Shown piece after piece: positions 37,954 to 48,339 of a DNA stretch of 64,000 bases. The translations under genes were made by a program, and so were the position numbers. A model generated the notes under the pieces. The model saw only the letters and a program-made list of their open reading frames with translations. It made no database searches and was not told where the DNA came from. Source of the DNA: Candidatus Levyibacteriota bacterium. Its GTDB lineage: Bacteria; Patescibacteriota; Microgenomatia; Levybacterales; UBA12049. The stretch is from assembly GCA_052034235.1 (NCBI GenBank), contig JBPOIT010000005.1:177698-241697 (forward strand), read 5' to 3'. The first letter of the stretch is position 1. The number at the start of each line of letters is the position of its first letter.

Positions 37954-39951
37954 ATGAAATTTCAACTTGAATCCAAATTTAAACCTACGGGTGATCAGCC
38001 AAGTGCGATTAAACAGATTACCAAAAACCTAAAAGATGATGTCAAAAACCAAGTGCTTCTTGGGGTTACAGGGAGTGGTAAAACCTTTACCATGGCGAAT
38101 GTTATCCAGGAAATTCAAAAGCCAACACTGATTATCTCTCACAACAAAACACTCGCAGGACAACTCTATCAGGAATTCCGTGATTTTTTTCCAAATAATG
38201 CAGTTTCCTATTTTGTTTCTTATTATGATTATTACCAGCCTGAAGCATATGTACCGACAACTGATACGTATATCGAAAAGGAATCTGAAATAAATGAAGA
38301 AATTGATAAACTCAGGCTCGCTGCAACGGCAAACCTGCTTACTCGTAAGGATGTCATTGTTGTCGCCTCAGTTTCGTGTATTTATAACATCGGTTCTCCT
38401 ATGGAATATGGCAAATTTGCACTAGAACTTAAACAAGGCGTCAAAATAGCCCAACAAGATATACTTATCAGGCTTGCAGATTTGCAATATGATCGCAATG
38501 ATTACGAATTCAAAAGAGGCGCATTTCGAGTGCGAGGCAACGCAATTGATCTTTTCCCTGCGTATGTTGACCATGGTATCCGTATTGAAGTTTCGGACAG
38601 AGTAACCAATATGTATGAATTTGACCCACTGACTGGAGATATTCTCAAACCACTGGACGCAACGGTCATTTACCCAGCCAAACATTATATGACCGATCCT
38701 CGAAGTTATCATGATGCTTTTGCAAAAATTAATGCTGATGTTGATATGCAGGTTAAAAAGTTTCGTGAACAAAATAAACTTATCGAAGCTCAACGAATTG
38801 CACAACGCACGCATTATGACCTCGAGATGCTTCGCGAAATCGGCTATGTTAACGGTATTGAGAATTATTCAATTTATTTTGACAATCGCCCACCAGGCTC
38901 ACCTCCTTACTCGCTCATTGATTATTTCCAGGCTGCATCTGATGATTGGCTGCTCCTTGTAGATGAATCGCATATCACACTTCCGCAAATCAGAGGCATG
39001 TATAACGGCGACCAAGCACGAAAACAAACCCTTATCGATTACGGATTCAGACTTCCTTCAGCGCTTGATAATAGACCGCTGAAATTTGATGAATTTATGA
39101 GAAAAACCAATCAAATTGTGTATGTTTCAGCAACACCAAACGATTATGAGATATCACTCTCGCAGGAATCCGATCATGGCGTTGTTGAACAGCTGATCAG
39201 GCCTACTGGCCTTGTTGATCCAGTTGTAACAGTCAAACCAAGTGCCGGACAAATTGTCGATTTACTTGAAGAAATTAAAAAACGTGTTGAGAAGAAACAA
39301 CGCGTCCTCGTGACGACATTGACCAAACGAATGTCAGAAGAACTAACAAGCTATCTCGAGGAACACGGTGTCAAGGTTGCCTATCTGCATTCCGATATCG
39401 AAACCCTCAATAGACAAGATGTGTTGGATAATTTGCGATCAGGGGAACATGACGTCGTTGTGGGTATTAATTTACTTCGTGAAGGGCTGGATTTACCGGA
39501 AGTTTCACTTGTAGCAATACTTGATGCTGATAAAGAAGGATTTCTGAGATCACGAACCTCACTTATTCAAACCATGGGACGCGCAGCCAGAAATGCCGAT
39601 GCTGAAGTTATTATGTATGCAGATAAAATGACCAGATCTATGGAGGAAGCGATTGGAGAAGGCGAACGACGTCGTAAAATTCAACTTGAATACAATAAAA
39701 AGCACGGCATTACGCCCCAAACGATTATCAAAGATATCCGGGCAAAATTGGTTGAGCAGCAAGAAGAAGAAGAAGGCAAACCAACAATTGATGCATTGAT
39801 GCAGTTTAGTCAAAAAGATGTCCTTTTGCCAGATGAACGCCAAGATTTGGTTAAAAACTTACGAAAAGAAATGAAAATTGCAGCCGAAAGACTGGATTTC
39901 GAAACAGCAATTGCGATAAGGGATCAAATACGGAAAGTAAAAAAGAAGTAA
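37954..39951 (+). CDS. uvrB: Excinuclease ABC subunit B
   Basis: GDQP, GVTGSGKT, YYDYYQPEAY, DESH, QTMGRAARN, C-terminal UVR motif. Confidence 0.97.
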   Translation: MKFQLESKFKPTGDQPSAIKQITKNLKDDVKNQVLLGVTGSGKTFTMANVIQEIQKPTLIISHNKTLAGQLYQEFRDFFPNNAVSYFVSYYDYYQPEAYVPTTDTYIEKESEINEEIDKLRLAATANLLTRKDVIVVASVSCIYNIGSPMEYGKFALELKQGVKIAQQDILIRLADLQYDRNDYEFKRGAFRVRGNAIDLFPAYVDHGIRIEVSDRVTNMYEFDPLTGDILKPLDATVIYPAKHYMTDPRSYHDAFAKINADVDMQVKKFREQNKLIEAQRIAQRTHYDLEMLREIGYVNGIENYSIYFDNRPPGSPPYSLIDYFQAASDDWLLLVDESHITLPQIRGMYNGDQARKQTLIDYGFRLPSALDNRPLKFDEFMRKTNQIVYVSATPNDYEISLSQESDHGVVEQLIRPTGLVDPVVTVKPSAGQIVDLLEEIKKRVEKKQRVLVTTLTKRMSEELTSYLEEHGVKVAYLHSDIETLNRQDVLDNLRSGEHDVVVGINLLREGLDLPEVSLVAILDADKEGFLRSRTSLIQTMGRAARNADAEVIMYADKMTRSMEEAIGEGERRRKIQLEYNKKHGITPQTIIKDIRAKLVEQQEEEEGKPTIDALMQFSQKDVLLPDERQDLVKNLRKEMKIAAERLDFETAIAIRDQIRKVKKK

Positions 39952-39952
39952 A

Positions 39953-41353
39953 TTAGGCTTTTTCTACAAAAATCATGTTGGTACTACCAGCTTCTCCAAA
40001 AGGCATACCTGCGGCGATAACAAAGTCATCACCTTCACTTAATTGATGAACAGCGTTTGTTTTTGCTATGTCCTTAGCCTGTTTGAGGAAATCTTTAAAA
40101 TCTTTGGTCGGTTCGATAACTTGTGGATACACACCGCGACTGAAGTTCAGTTGACGAACTGTCGTCAGACTTGGAGAAAGAGCAACGATATATTCCTTAT
40201 GTCTATGTCTTCCAATATTTCTGGCTGTATTGCCGCTTTCGGTAAAGGCAATGATAAGTTGCGCACGAATTTGATCAGCAATGTTTCCTGCTGAGGCACT
40301 AATAGCGTCACCTACCATGCGTCCTTCATAGAAATCGAGATGTCCCTGGTGTTTGACGGCCTCATGAATAATACTCCCCATCGTTTTAACTGTCTCAACT
40401 GGGAACTCACCTCGAGCTGTTTCAGCTGAAAGCATGACACAATCAGTTCCATCCAAAATAGCATTTGCAACGTCTGTCACTTCAGCTCTTGTTGGAAGTG
40501 GACGTGAAACCATAGATTCAAGCATTTGAGTCGCGGTTATGACTGGTTTTGATTTACGCAAACACATCATAATGAGATCTTTTTGAATATGTGGCACTTT
40601 TGCCATAGGCACAGCAAGTCCCATATCACCGCGTGCGATTAGTAAAGCTTCAACCACATCGAGAATTTCTTCTGCATTATCAACTCCACTTGCCGTTTCA
40701 ATTTTAGCGACTAGCATAATAGGAGAATCTTTTGGAAGCAGATTTCTTACTTCAATTGCGTCTTGTGCTGTTTGAACAAATGAAATTGCCAGTGCGTCAG
40801 CTCCTTTTTTCACCATTTCAAGAATTGAAGCCTTATCTTTCGCAGAAATTCCTGTTTTACTCAGTGCAATACCTTCGGCAAGAAAACCTTTCCTTGATGA
40901 TAATGGTCCTCCAACAGTAACGGTAGCCTCCAAATTTTCACCCACGCGTTTTTCAGCACGCATTTTAATTGCACCGTCATCAACGTAAATAACAGCTCCT
41001 GGTTCAATTTTTTCAATAATATCAGGAAAATTTAATGAAAATTTAGTAGCATTACCTTGGATATGTTCCTTGTGAATAGTAACCATATCTCCGGATTTTA
41101 TAACTGTCCCTTCAGCGATTTCTTCAATTCTAATCTTTGGTCCAGCTAAATCACCCATAATGGCAAGAGGTGTTTCAAGCTCCTTTTCAGCCTTTCGAAT
41201 CCACACAAAACGATTATCAATTTCTTCTTGTGTTGCATGAGACAAGTTAATACGAAAGACATTGACACCTGAACGTGCCAGCTCTAAGACTGTTTCGTAG
41301 TTATCAGTTGCGGGACCAGTGGTCGCTACTATTTTTACAGGATTTCTATGCAT
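39953..41353 (-). CDS. pyk: Pyruvate kinase
   Basis: KIVAT.GPA, RINLSH, AKIE, ARGD.G, ATQMLESM, PTRAEVTDV. Confidence 0.96.
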   Translation of the reverse strand: MHRNPVKIVATTGPATDNYETVLELARSGVNVFRINLSHATQEEIDNRFVWIRKAEKELETPLAIMGDLAGPKIRIEEIAEGTVIKSGDMVTIHKEHIQGNATKFSLNFPDIIEKIEPGAVIYVDDGAIKMRAEKRVGENLEATVTVGGPLSSRKGFLAEGIALSKTGISAKDKASILEMVKKGADALAISFVQTAQDAIEVRNLLPKDSPIMLVAKIETASGVDNAEEILDVVEALLIARGDMGLAVPMAKVPHIQKDLIMMCLRKSKPVITATQMLESMVSRPLPTRAEVTDVANAILDGTDCVMLSAETARGEFPVETVKTMGSIIHEAVKHQGHLDFYEGRMVGDAISASAGNIADQIRAQLIIAFTESGNTARNIGRHRHKEYIVALSPSLTTVRQLNFSRGVYPQVIEPTKDFKDFLKQAKDIAKTNAVHQLSEGDDFVIAAGMPFGEAGSTNMIFVEKA

Positions 41354-41442
41354 ATGTTAAAAAAACAAAACCCTCCTTCATTGCCATGTCCCATAGAGGT
41401 GATGGCCAAGATGAGGGTAAGTTCTAACATATAGTATACACC

Positions 41443-41823
41443 CTAACTAATGTTTTTTACAAGCTCTATTTCTAAGAGCTCATTGTGGGTGTTTAATACG
41501 ACTGTTACAGCGTCTATTCTCATAAGTTTTTGCAAATGCGGGTTTCTCATACAATAATATGAAGCAGTCTTCATAAGTGATTTCAACTTATAATACGTTA
41601 TCGCTTCAAGCGGCGTGCCAATTTCTCCGGTTGATCTTGTTTTTACTTCAATAAATACGAGGGTTTTCTGACTTGTCAGTTGAGAAGTCTCAATTGCAAT
41701 AATATCAATTTCTCCACCCCGGATTCTAAAATTTCTATCAATTATTTGAAAACCTAGTTATTTTAGATAAGAAACAGCTAAATCCTCTCCTCGTTTGCCT
41801 TGGATATTTTTAAAAAGAGTCAT
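41443..41823 (-). pseudogene. yraN: YraN (UPF0102) nuclease-like gene with one in-frame TAA
   Basis: Hand translation: MTLFKNIQGKRGEDLAVSYLK*LGFQIIDRNFRIRGGEIDIIA...LVFIEVKTR...RIDAV. TAA at 41760-41758; frame otherwise open to TAG 41443. Confidence 0.85.
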
Positions 41824-41864
41824 ACTCTATTTAGATTAGCACGATGTCTAAAAGGAAGATACTA

Positions 41865-42149
41865 TTATTTCTTAGCTATTTTGAGGTGGTTGAGTTTTGC
41901 GCGTTTGATGCGTCTTTTTGGATGTGCGTCTATTTCGATTTTTTCAATCATGGGAGAATGTAGCGGCCAGATTCTCTCAACTGAAATCTGTCCAACCATC
42001 TTCATAACGGTAAACATTTTATTTTCACCACGACCACGAATTTGGAGGACCGTACCCTTAAAAACCTGAATACGAGTCTTCTCACCTTCTTGAATTTTCT
42101 GGTGAACTTTAATAATATCGCCTGGTGCAAATGTAACAGTTTGTAACAT
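41865..42149 (-). CDS. rplS: 50S ribosomal protein L19
   Basis: FAPGD.IKVH.KI.EGEK.RIQ.F.G, VERIWPLHSP. Confidence 0.93.
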   Translation of the reverse strand: MLQTVTFAPGDIIKVHQKIQEGEKTRIQVFKGTVLQIRGRGENKMFTVMKMVGQISVERIWPLHSPMIEKIEIDAHPKRRIKRAKLNHLKIAKK

Positions 42150-42200
42150 AGATATGTATTATAGCGGAAAACTACCAATTACTCAAGCAGTGAGATAAAG

Positions 42201-43859
42201 CTATTTATCCTTACTGCAGGCTTCGATGAAACCGAGGAATATTGGATGGGGTTGAAGTGGACGACTCTTGTATTCTGGATGTCCTTGCGTACCCATATAG
42301 AATGGATGATCTGGAACTTCGATGATTTCGACGAGTCCTTCCTCAACAGATCTAGCACTAATGACAAGTCCAGCTTTTTCGAAGTCCTCTGCAAATTTAT
42401 TATTAAACTCGTAGCGATGACGATGACGTTCGCTCGTCAGACCTTTTGCTTTATTAATGAACTGGTCATATTTTTCATAGAGTTTAAATGCACGAGTCCC
42501 TTTTTTGACAATTGCTTCCCAACCGCCTAAACGCATTGTCCCTCCATACGCACGACGTTCCATAATCTCTTTTTGTGAAGGGATAAGATAGATAACTGGA
42601 TGCTTTGATTTTGGATCATTTTCAGTTGTGTTTGCATCCCGCCATTTTAGCACTCCACGCGCGTAAGCGATAACAGCGAGTTGCATCCCATAACAAAGCC
42701 CGAGATATGGTATCTTTTTTTCTCTCGCATAATTTGCTGCAGCAATCATTCCCTCAGCACCTCTTTCTCCCCAACCTATTGGGACAATAATGCCATCTGG
42801 ATTTCCAATAACTTTTTCTACGCCTTCCTTTTCAACCAGCTCTGCGTTAACCCATTGTGTCTCAACATCGACACCGACTTGCCATTTTGCATGGTCAATA
42901 GCGTCAAACAAAGCTGCATAGCTATCACGAAGTTGATACTCACCTGTTCCAAAATATTTACCCACAATCGCAATAGTTATCTTTTTTTTCTTTGGAGCTT
43001 TTACATTAGCCACAAATTTCTTCCATTCTTTCATGTCAGGCTCACGCTGTGGAAGTTTGAATTTATGAAGTATTCGTTTGACCAATCCCTGCGCCTGAAG
43101 CACCATTGGAATTTCATAAACTGTTGGGATATCAGGATTGGAAATAATATCTTCTGGATGCATATTGCAGAAAAGTGCAAACCGATCTTTGCGTCTCTGA
43201 TCAAGGGGCTTTTCTGAACGAGCAATAATAAAGTCCGGCTGAATACCCAAACCGTTAAGCGTACGAACTGATAACTGGGTTGGTTTGGTTTTTGGCTCTC
43301 CCAAATGCCCTGGGGTTGGTACATAAGATACATGGATATGCAAAACATCTCCAGGGTTACGAAGCGTCATAATACGTGATGCTTCGTAGTAGAGAATGTT
43401 CTGATATTCACCAGCCGTACCACCAAGCTCAATTAAAACGATATCTGCTTTCCTCTTCTCGCCTATTCCTTTGACACGACTAATGATCTCATCAGTGATG
43501 TGCGGAATAGCCTCAACATCTTCACCGTGATATTCAAATCGTCTCTCTCTATCAATAACTGTCTGATAAATTCGTCCTATGGTAACAAAGCTCTCTTTGC
43601 CCATATCTTCGTTAAGGAACTTTTCGTATGAGCCAATATCCATATCCCCTTCTGTACCATCTTCACAAAGGAACGGATCACCATGTTCAATAGGATTAAT
43701 TGTGCCTGCATCGAGGTTGAGATAGTTTTCAAATTTTATAGGGGCAACTGTATATCCTGCTTGTTTTAAGAGGAGGGCAATAGACGAGGATGTTAAGCCT
43801 TTACCTATACCAGAGATAACGCCTCCGGAAACAAATATGTATTTAGTTTTATTCTTCAA
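42201..43859 (-). CDS. pyrG: CTP synthase
   Basis: GGVISGIGKG, KTKPTQ, GLCYGMQ, RHRHRYE, HPE. Confidence 0.97.
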   Translation of the reverse strand: MKNKTKYIFVSGGVISGIGKGLTSSSIALLLKQAGYTVAPIKFENYLNLDAGTINPIEHGDPFLCEDGTEGDMDIGSYEKFLNEDMGKESFVTIGRIYQTVIDRERRFEYHGEDVEAIPHITDEIISRVKGIGEKRKADIVLIELGGTAGEYQNILYYEASRIMTLRNPGDVLHIHVSYVPTPGHLGEPKTKPTQLSVRTLNGLGIQPDFIIARSEKPLDQRRKDRFALFCNMHPEDIISNPDIPTVYEIPMVLQAQGLVKRILHKFKLPQREPDMKEWKKFVANVKAPKKKKITIAIVGKYFGTGEYQLRDSYAALFDAIDHAKWQVGVDVETQWVNAELVEKEGVEKVIGNPDGIIVPIGWGERGAEGMIAAANYAREKKIPYLGLCYGMQLAVIAYARGVLKWRDANTTENDPKSKHPVIYLIPSQKEIMERRAYGGTMRLGGWEAIVKKGTRAFKLYEKYDQFINKAKGLTSERHRHRYEFNNKFAEDFEKAGLVISARSVEEGLVEIIEVPDHPFYMGTQGHPEYKSRPLQPHPIFLGFIEACSKDK

Positions 43860-43888
43860 TGTATTCTTAAAGTACCGGGGTACGATTT

Positions 43889-43917
43889 ATGTTATCAAAT
43901 CAAACTAAAGCTGTCAA
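43889..43917 (-). promoter_or_regulatory. pyrG promoter
   Basis: TTGACA-17-(TGa)TAACAT. Confidence 0.65.
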
Positions 43918-43942
43918 TAAGTCAACATTAAGCTGACACCTA

Positions 43943-44710
43943 TTAGCTATGAATTTCTTCAAAATACTTTGCCAGACCATCATCCTGAACGCTGCCAATT
44001 ATTAAATCCGCAGTTTTTTTTAATTCTTTAACAGCATTCCCCATTGCGACTTTGGTATCTACTGCATTAAAAAGATGAATGTCATTATGTCCATCTCCAA
44101 CACCAATAGCATCTTTTCTGCTAACATTAAGCCTAGCTAACAACTCTGCAATAGCATGCTCCTTTGTTGCACTTTCGTTGACTGTATGGAGATCGCGACA
44201 ACCTTTTTTCTGAGAAACAACCATAACACAGGTAATTCCTTCAACTGCTTCTAGTTTCTTCTGCATCTTAATTGCCAAATCATCAGGTACAAAGCTTTGT
44301 GACAGCCAATTTACCTTTACTGAACAATCGAAATCTTTGGGTAAAACGCCTCCATTGAAGTAATCATCTTCCGTATAATCATTAAAAATGAGTCTTTGAT
44401 CTCCGTTTTCAGAATATATAACTATAGCTTCACGCAAAGACTGTTCCTTAATATCCTTCTGCCAAACTATTTCGCCTGTTTGAGGATCGCAAATCTGAGT
44501 TCCACCAGAAATAATACATAGATCTTTTAAATCTAGTCCTTGAATTATATCTTTTCCAAATGTCCAACATCTTCCAGTTGCGGCACAAAGGTAAAAAGTT
44601 TCCTGCAGTTTTTTTGCTGCATTACATAATCGCTCAGTAGGTAATTTCTGTTCAGGGGAATCAACTGCTGTTCCGTCTAAATCTATAATGATAGCTTTCT
44701 TTCTCATCAT
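43943..44710 (-). CDS. Cof-type HAD hydrolase
   Basis: DLDGT, ATGR, K, GDGHND, AMGNA. Confidence 0.9.
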   Translation of the reverse strand: MMRKKAIIIDLDGTAVDSPEQKLPTERLCNAAKKLQETFYLCAATGRCWTFGKDIIQGLDLKDLCIISGGTQICDPQTGEIVWQKDIKEQSLREAIVIYSENGDQRLIFNDYTEDDYFNGGVLPKDFDCSVKVNWLSQSFVPDDLAIKMQKKLEAVEGITCVMVVSQKKGCRDLHTVNESATKEHAIAELLARLNVSRKDAIGVGDGHNDIHLFNAVDTKVAMGNAVKELKKTADLIIGSVQDDGLAKYFEEIHS

Positions 44711-44711
44711 G

Positions 44712-44782
44712 AGCGGGGTACGAGAATCGAACTCGCTTCTCTGCCTTGGGAAGGCAGCATACTACCGGTGTACTAACCCCGC
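44712..44782 (-). tRNA. tRNA-Gly (CCC)
   Basis: GCGGGGT/ACCCCGC acceptor stem, CTGCC-TTCCCAA-GGCAG anticodon arm, GTTCGATTC T-loop; CCA not encoded. Confidence 0.93.
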
Positions 44783-44846
44783 AGAAATACAAGGAAATGA
44801 TAACAGATTCGGGAAAAGATTTCACTGAGGAGTTATAGGCAAGATA

Positions 44847-45677
44847 TTAGCCTCTAGGGATTTTTAATTTATTACCGCTGTGAATGAGACTTGGATTAAC
44901 TAGTTTGTTTGCCTCAGCAATCTTTTTCCATTGGTAACCATCACCATATGCTCTTACAGAAACATCCCACAAGGTATCACCTTTTACTATAGTATAGTCG
45001 GCACCAGTAATTTTTGTTTTACTCGTAGCAACTTGCTGCTGATTTTGCTGTGGCTTAACTGTTGCTATTTTTTGTTCAACTTTAGGCATTTTCAATTTTT
45101 GTCCAGTTTTTAAGGCTCCAGGATTGGATAAATTATTTGCTCGTGCGATATCAACCCAATTATAGCCACTCTTATACTGCTTTTCTGCAATCGCCCAAAG
45201 TGAATCTCCTGCAGCAACGGTGTATTCACCTGTTGAAGGATTTACTGTTCCCTGTCCCTGTGCTTGAGCGACTTTAACTGGAGTTAGAGTTGCTTGTGCG
45301 ACTACTTTAGTTGGTTCAGGTTTTTTTGTTGGCGTTGCTGTTGGTGCTGCTGGTGCTTTTGTTGGTGTCGGCACTTGTGTTGGAGTTGGTGTATTTTTTA
45401 CTTCTGCTTTTTCAGGATCTGGTGTTTCTGTTGTTAAAGGTGCCGATGGAAGTGCTATATCTTTTTGGGAAAGAAGCTGTGGTGTATCTTTTTCTGTGTT
45501 TCTATTATTAACAAATGAGAGAAGTAAAACTGTTGAGATGATAACAACGATAATACCAAGAACAAGACTGGTGTATGATTCTCCAAAACGGAGATAGTCA
45601 AATAAATTGCTGCGTGACTGAGTTTCTTCCTCCTCAATCTCTATGGGTTTAATAATTTTTGTTGATTTTCTAGCCAC
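44847..45677 (-). CDS. Membrane-anchored protein with two LysM domains
   Basis: TM, Pro/Thr linker, YTVAAGDSLWAIA and YTIVKGDTLWDVS. Confidence 0.9.
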   Translation of the reverse strand: MARKSTKIIKPIEIEEEETQSRSNLFDYLRFGESYTSLVLGIIVVIISTVLLLSFVNNRNTEKDTPQLLSQKDIALPSAPLTTETPDPEKAEVKNTPTPTQVPTPTKAPAAPTATPTKKPEPTKVVAQATLTPVKVAQAQGQGTVNPSTGEYTVAAGDSLWAIAEKQYKSGYNWVDIARANNLSNPGALKTGQKLKMPKVEQKIATVKPQQNQQQVATSKTKITGADYTIVKGDTLWDVSVRAYGDGYQWKKIAEANKLVNPSLIHSGNKLKIPRG

Positions 45678-45791
45678 TTTTATATCCTCTCAGAGCAGTT
45701 ATTGTGATTTGGCAGGGGGCAAGGATTACCGTAAAGTATACAGTGTTTTATTATTATTTGCAATAGTTATGAAGCCTATAAATATAATTTG

Positions 45792-45865
45792 CGGGATGGA
45801 CGGGACTCGAACCCGCGACCTCCTCCGTGACAGGGAGGCGCTCTAACCAACTGAGCTACCACCCC
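45792..45865 (-). tRNA. tRNA-Asp (GTC)
   Basis: GGGGTGG/CCATCCC acceptor stem, AGCTCAGTTGG D-arm, CTGTCAC anticodon loop, GGTTCGAGTCC; CCA not encoded. Confidence 0.95.
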
Positions 45866-45949
45866 AGCTCGCAAAGCGAAACTGAGAACTAAAAAACATT
45901 GAACTAAAAAAAGTTTTTAGTCTTCAGTTTTAAGTTTTGTGTAAATTGT

Positions 45950-45992
45950 ATTTTAGCCCAATCTTGCACGCTCGTCAATCCTTTGATACACT
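45950..45992. promoter_or_regulatory. Overlapping divergent promoters for tRNA-Asp and polX
   Basis: Minus: TTGACG-17-TAAAAT (45978-45950). Plus: TTGCAC-17-TACACT (45964-45992). Confidence 0.6.
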
Positions 45993-46003
45993 TGCTATAT
46001 TCC

Positions 46004-47779
46004 ATGACAAATATCGAAATCAGTAGGCTGTTCAGTAATATCGCTGCAGCCTATTCAATTATTGATGAAAAAAAGTACCGATTTCAAATAATCGCATACC
46101 AAAAAGCTTCAGAAGCAATCGAAGGTTCACATCATGAATTGAAAGCTCTTTTTAAAGAAGGCAAACTTGATGAGATCGACGGCATTGGATCTTCGATGAA
46201 AGGTCATCTGAAGGAATTATTTGAAAAAGGAAGTGTCGAACACTTTGAAGCAATTTTCAAAAATGTGCCAGCAGCAGTATTCCCACTCCTGGATGTGCCG
46301 AGTTTTGGACCGAAAAAAGCCTTCCGACTAGTGAGCGAATTTAATTTGAAAAACCCTGATTCGGTAATTACTGACCTTGCAACTATTGCTAAATCGGGGA
46401 AAATTGCTGACCTTCCAGGCTTTGGTGAAAAATCTCAGCAAGATATTTTGCAGGCAATTGAAGAATATAGACGTGGTAAAACGAAAACCGCAAGAATGGT
46501 GCTCCCCTATGCAAATGAGCTTGCTAAAAAAATACTTACATATATAAAGGAGTCAAAAGATGTTGTACGAGTAGAACCTTTAGGGAGTTTGAGGAGACGA
46601 CGCTCAACAACTGGAGACATTGATATCGCAGTTGCAACAAAAAATCCACAAGCAGTTCTTGATCATTTTACTAATTACCCGTTAAAAGAACGCATCATTG
46701 AACGTGGTGAACGCACGTCTTCCATACTCGTTTCTGGTGGAAGACAAATTGATTTGATGGTCGAAAAACCTGAAGCTTTTGGGGCATTATTACAACATTT
46801 CACCGGAAGTAAAGCTCACAATGTTCGTTTGCGTGAATATGCACTTACTATCGATCTTTCACTTTCTGATTACGGCATGCGAAAAAAAGGTACAGATGAT
46901 CCTTATACACTCTTTGATTCTGAAGAGAAGTTCTATAAAACATTAGGCATGCAGTGGGTTCCACCTGAAATGCGCGAAGATAAAGGGGAGATTGAACTTG
47001 CTCTCCAAAATAAGTTGCCAAAAATTGTAGAACTAAGTGACATAAAAGGTGACTTTCATCTGCATTCAAGCTTTCCTATAGAAGAGAGCCATGATGCTGG
47101 ACAAAGCTCTATGGAAGAGATGATCGAAAAAGCACTTTCACTTGGATACAAATATGTTGGGTTTTCAGAACATAACCCAAGCCAATCAGGACATACTCCA
47201 AAAGAAATTTATAAGCTTTTAGAAAAGCGAAAAAAACATATCGAAGATTTACGCCTAAAGTATAAAAATGTTATTCGTATATTTTCATTACTCGAAACAG
47301 ATATTCTTCCTAGCGGAAAGCTCGCTGTAGATGATGATGCCCTATCGCTTTTAGATGCAACAATAGTTTCGATACATAGCTCATTTGCAATGGATCGGGA
47401 AACGATGACTGAGAGAATTCTCAAAGGTTTATCCCATCCAAAAGCGAAAATTCTCGCCCACCCAACAGGCAGACTGCTTAATCAGCGTCCTGGTTATGAA
47501 GTTGATTGGGTAAAGCTCTTTACATTTGCCTCAGAGAATAATAAAGCACTAGAGATTAACTCATGGCCACTGAGACTCGATTTACCTGATGAATTAGTTT
47601 TTGAGGCAAGACAAAAAGGTGTGAAATTCTTTATCGATACAGATAGTCACGACAAAAGCCAAATGGACATGATGGAATACGGCGTTTCAGTAGCCAGACG
47701 CGGATGGGCAACGCCTGATGACATTATGAATACAAAGTCATATAATGAAATCGAAGAGTTTTTTAAAGGGGGTGAGTAA
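46004..47779 (+). CDS. polX: DNA polymerase X / PHP domain protein
   Basis: HhH repeats, GSLRR...[19 protein letters not shown]...DTDSH. Start placed at ATG 46004. Confidence 0.92.
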   Translation: MTNIEISRLFSNIAAAYSIIDEKKYRFQIIAYQKASEAIEGSHHELKALFKEGKLDEIDGIGSSMKGHLKELFEKGSVEHFEAIFKNVPAAVFPLLDVPSFGPKKAFRLVSEFNLKNPDSVITDLATIAKSGKIADLPGFGEKSQQDILQAIEEYRRGKTKTARMVLPYANELAKKILTYIKESKDVVRVEPLGSLRRRRSTTGDIDIAVATKNPQAVLDHFTNYPLKERIIERGERTSSILVSGGRQIDLMVEKPEAFGALLQHFTGSKAHNVRLREYALTIDLSLSDYGMRKKGTDDPYTLFDSEEKFYKTLGMQWVPPEMREDKGEIELALQNKLPKIVELSDIKGDFHLHSSFPIEESHDAGQSSMEEMIEKALSLGYKYVGFSEHNPSQSGHTPKEIYKLLEKRKKHIEDLRLKYKNVIRIFSLLETDILPSGKLAVDDDALSLLDATIVSIHSSFAMDRETMTERILKGLSHPKAKILAHPTGRLLNQRPGYEVDWVKLFTFASENNKALEINSWPLRLDLPDELVFEARQKGVKFFIDTDSHDKSQMDMMEYGVSVARRGWATPDDIMNTKSYNEIEEFFKGGE

Positions 47780-47781
47780 TT

Positions 47782-48333
47782 ATGGATTTACCAATTATTC
47801 TGATCGGCGCAATTGCTGTCATTCTTATTTATGTGTGGGTTGTCTACAACAGCCTTGTCACAGCGAGACTTCGTATTAAGGAAGCTTGGTCACAAATTGA
47901 TGTACAGCTGAAGCGCAGAACTGATCTGATTCCAAACCTTGTCGAAACCGTTAAAGGTTACGCCAAACACGAAAAAGAACTGCTTGAAAATATTACGAAA
48001 GCAAGAAGTGCGTTAATGAATGCTGGCTCAGCACAAGCAAAAGCTGAAGCAAATAATTTCCTTTCTGACACACTTAAATCATTGTTTGCTGTTGCGGAAA
48101 ATTATCCTGATTTGAAAGCAAGCCAAAACTTTATGGCACTCCAGCAGGAACTTTCTGATACTGAAGACAAGATTGCTTACTCAAGACAATTCTTAAACAG
48201 CAATGTACTTGATTACAACACAAAACTAAGTGTTTTCCCAAGTTCTTTAGTTGCAAAGATGTTTAACTTTAAGGAAGCAGAATTTTTTGAAGTCAGTGAA
48301 GAAGAACGAAAACCAGTTAAGGTACAGTTCTAA
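47782..48333 (+). CDS. lemA: LemA family protein
   Basis: [32 protein letters not shown]; SD GGGGGTGA. Confidence 0.95.
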   Translation: MDLPIILIGAIAVILIYVWVVYNSLVTARLRIKEAWSQIDVQLKRRTDLIPNLVETVKGYAKHEKELLENITKARSALMNAGSAQAKAEANNFLSDTLKSLFAVAENYPDLKASQNFMALQQELSDTEDKIAYSRQFLNSNVLDYNTKLSVFPSSLVAKMFNFKEAEFFEVSEEERKPVKVQF

Positions 48334-48339
48334 AATAAC

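Noticed and set aside
41758-41760. Stop-codon reassignment explaining the yraN internal stop
   Set aside because: TAA, TAG and TGA all terminate genes normally here; code 11 fits every other gene.
44712-45865. Prophage or island integrated at the tRNAs
   Set aside because: No integrase, no duplicated tRNA 3' end and no phage genes in the window.
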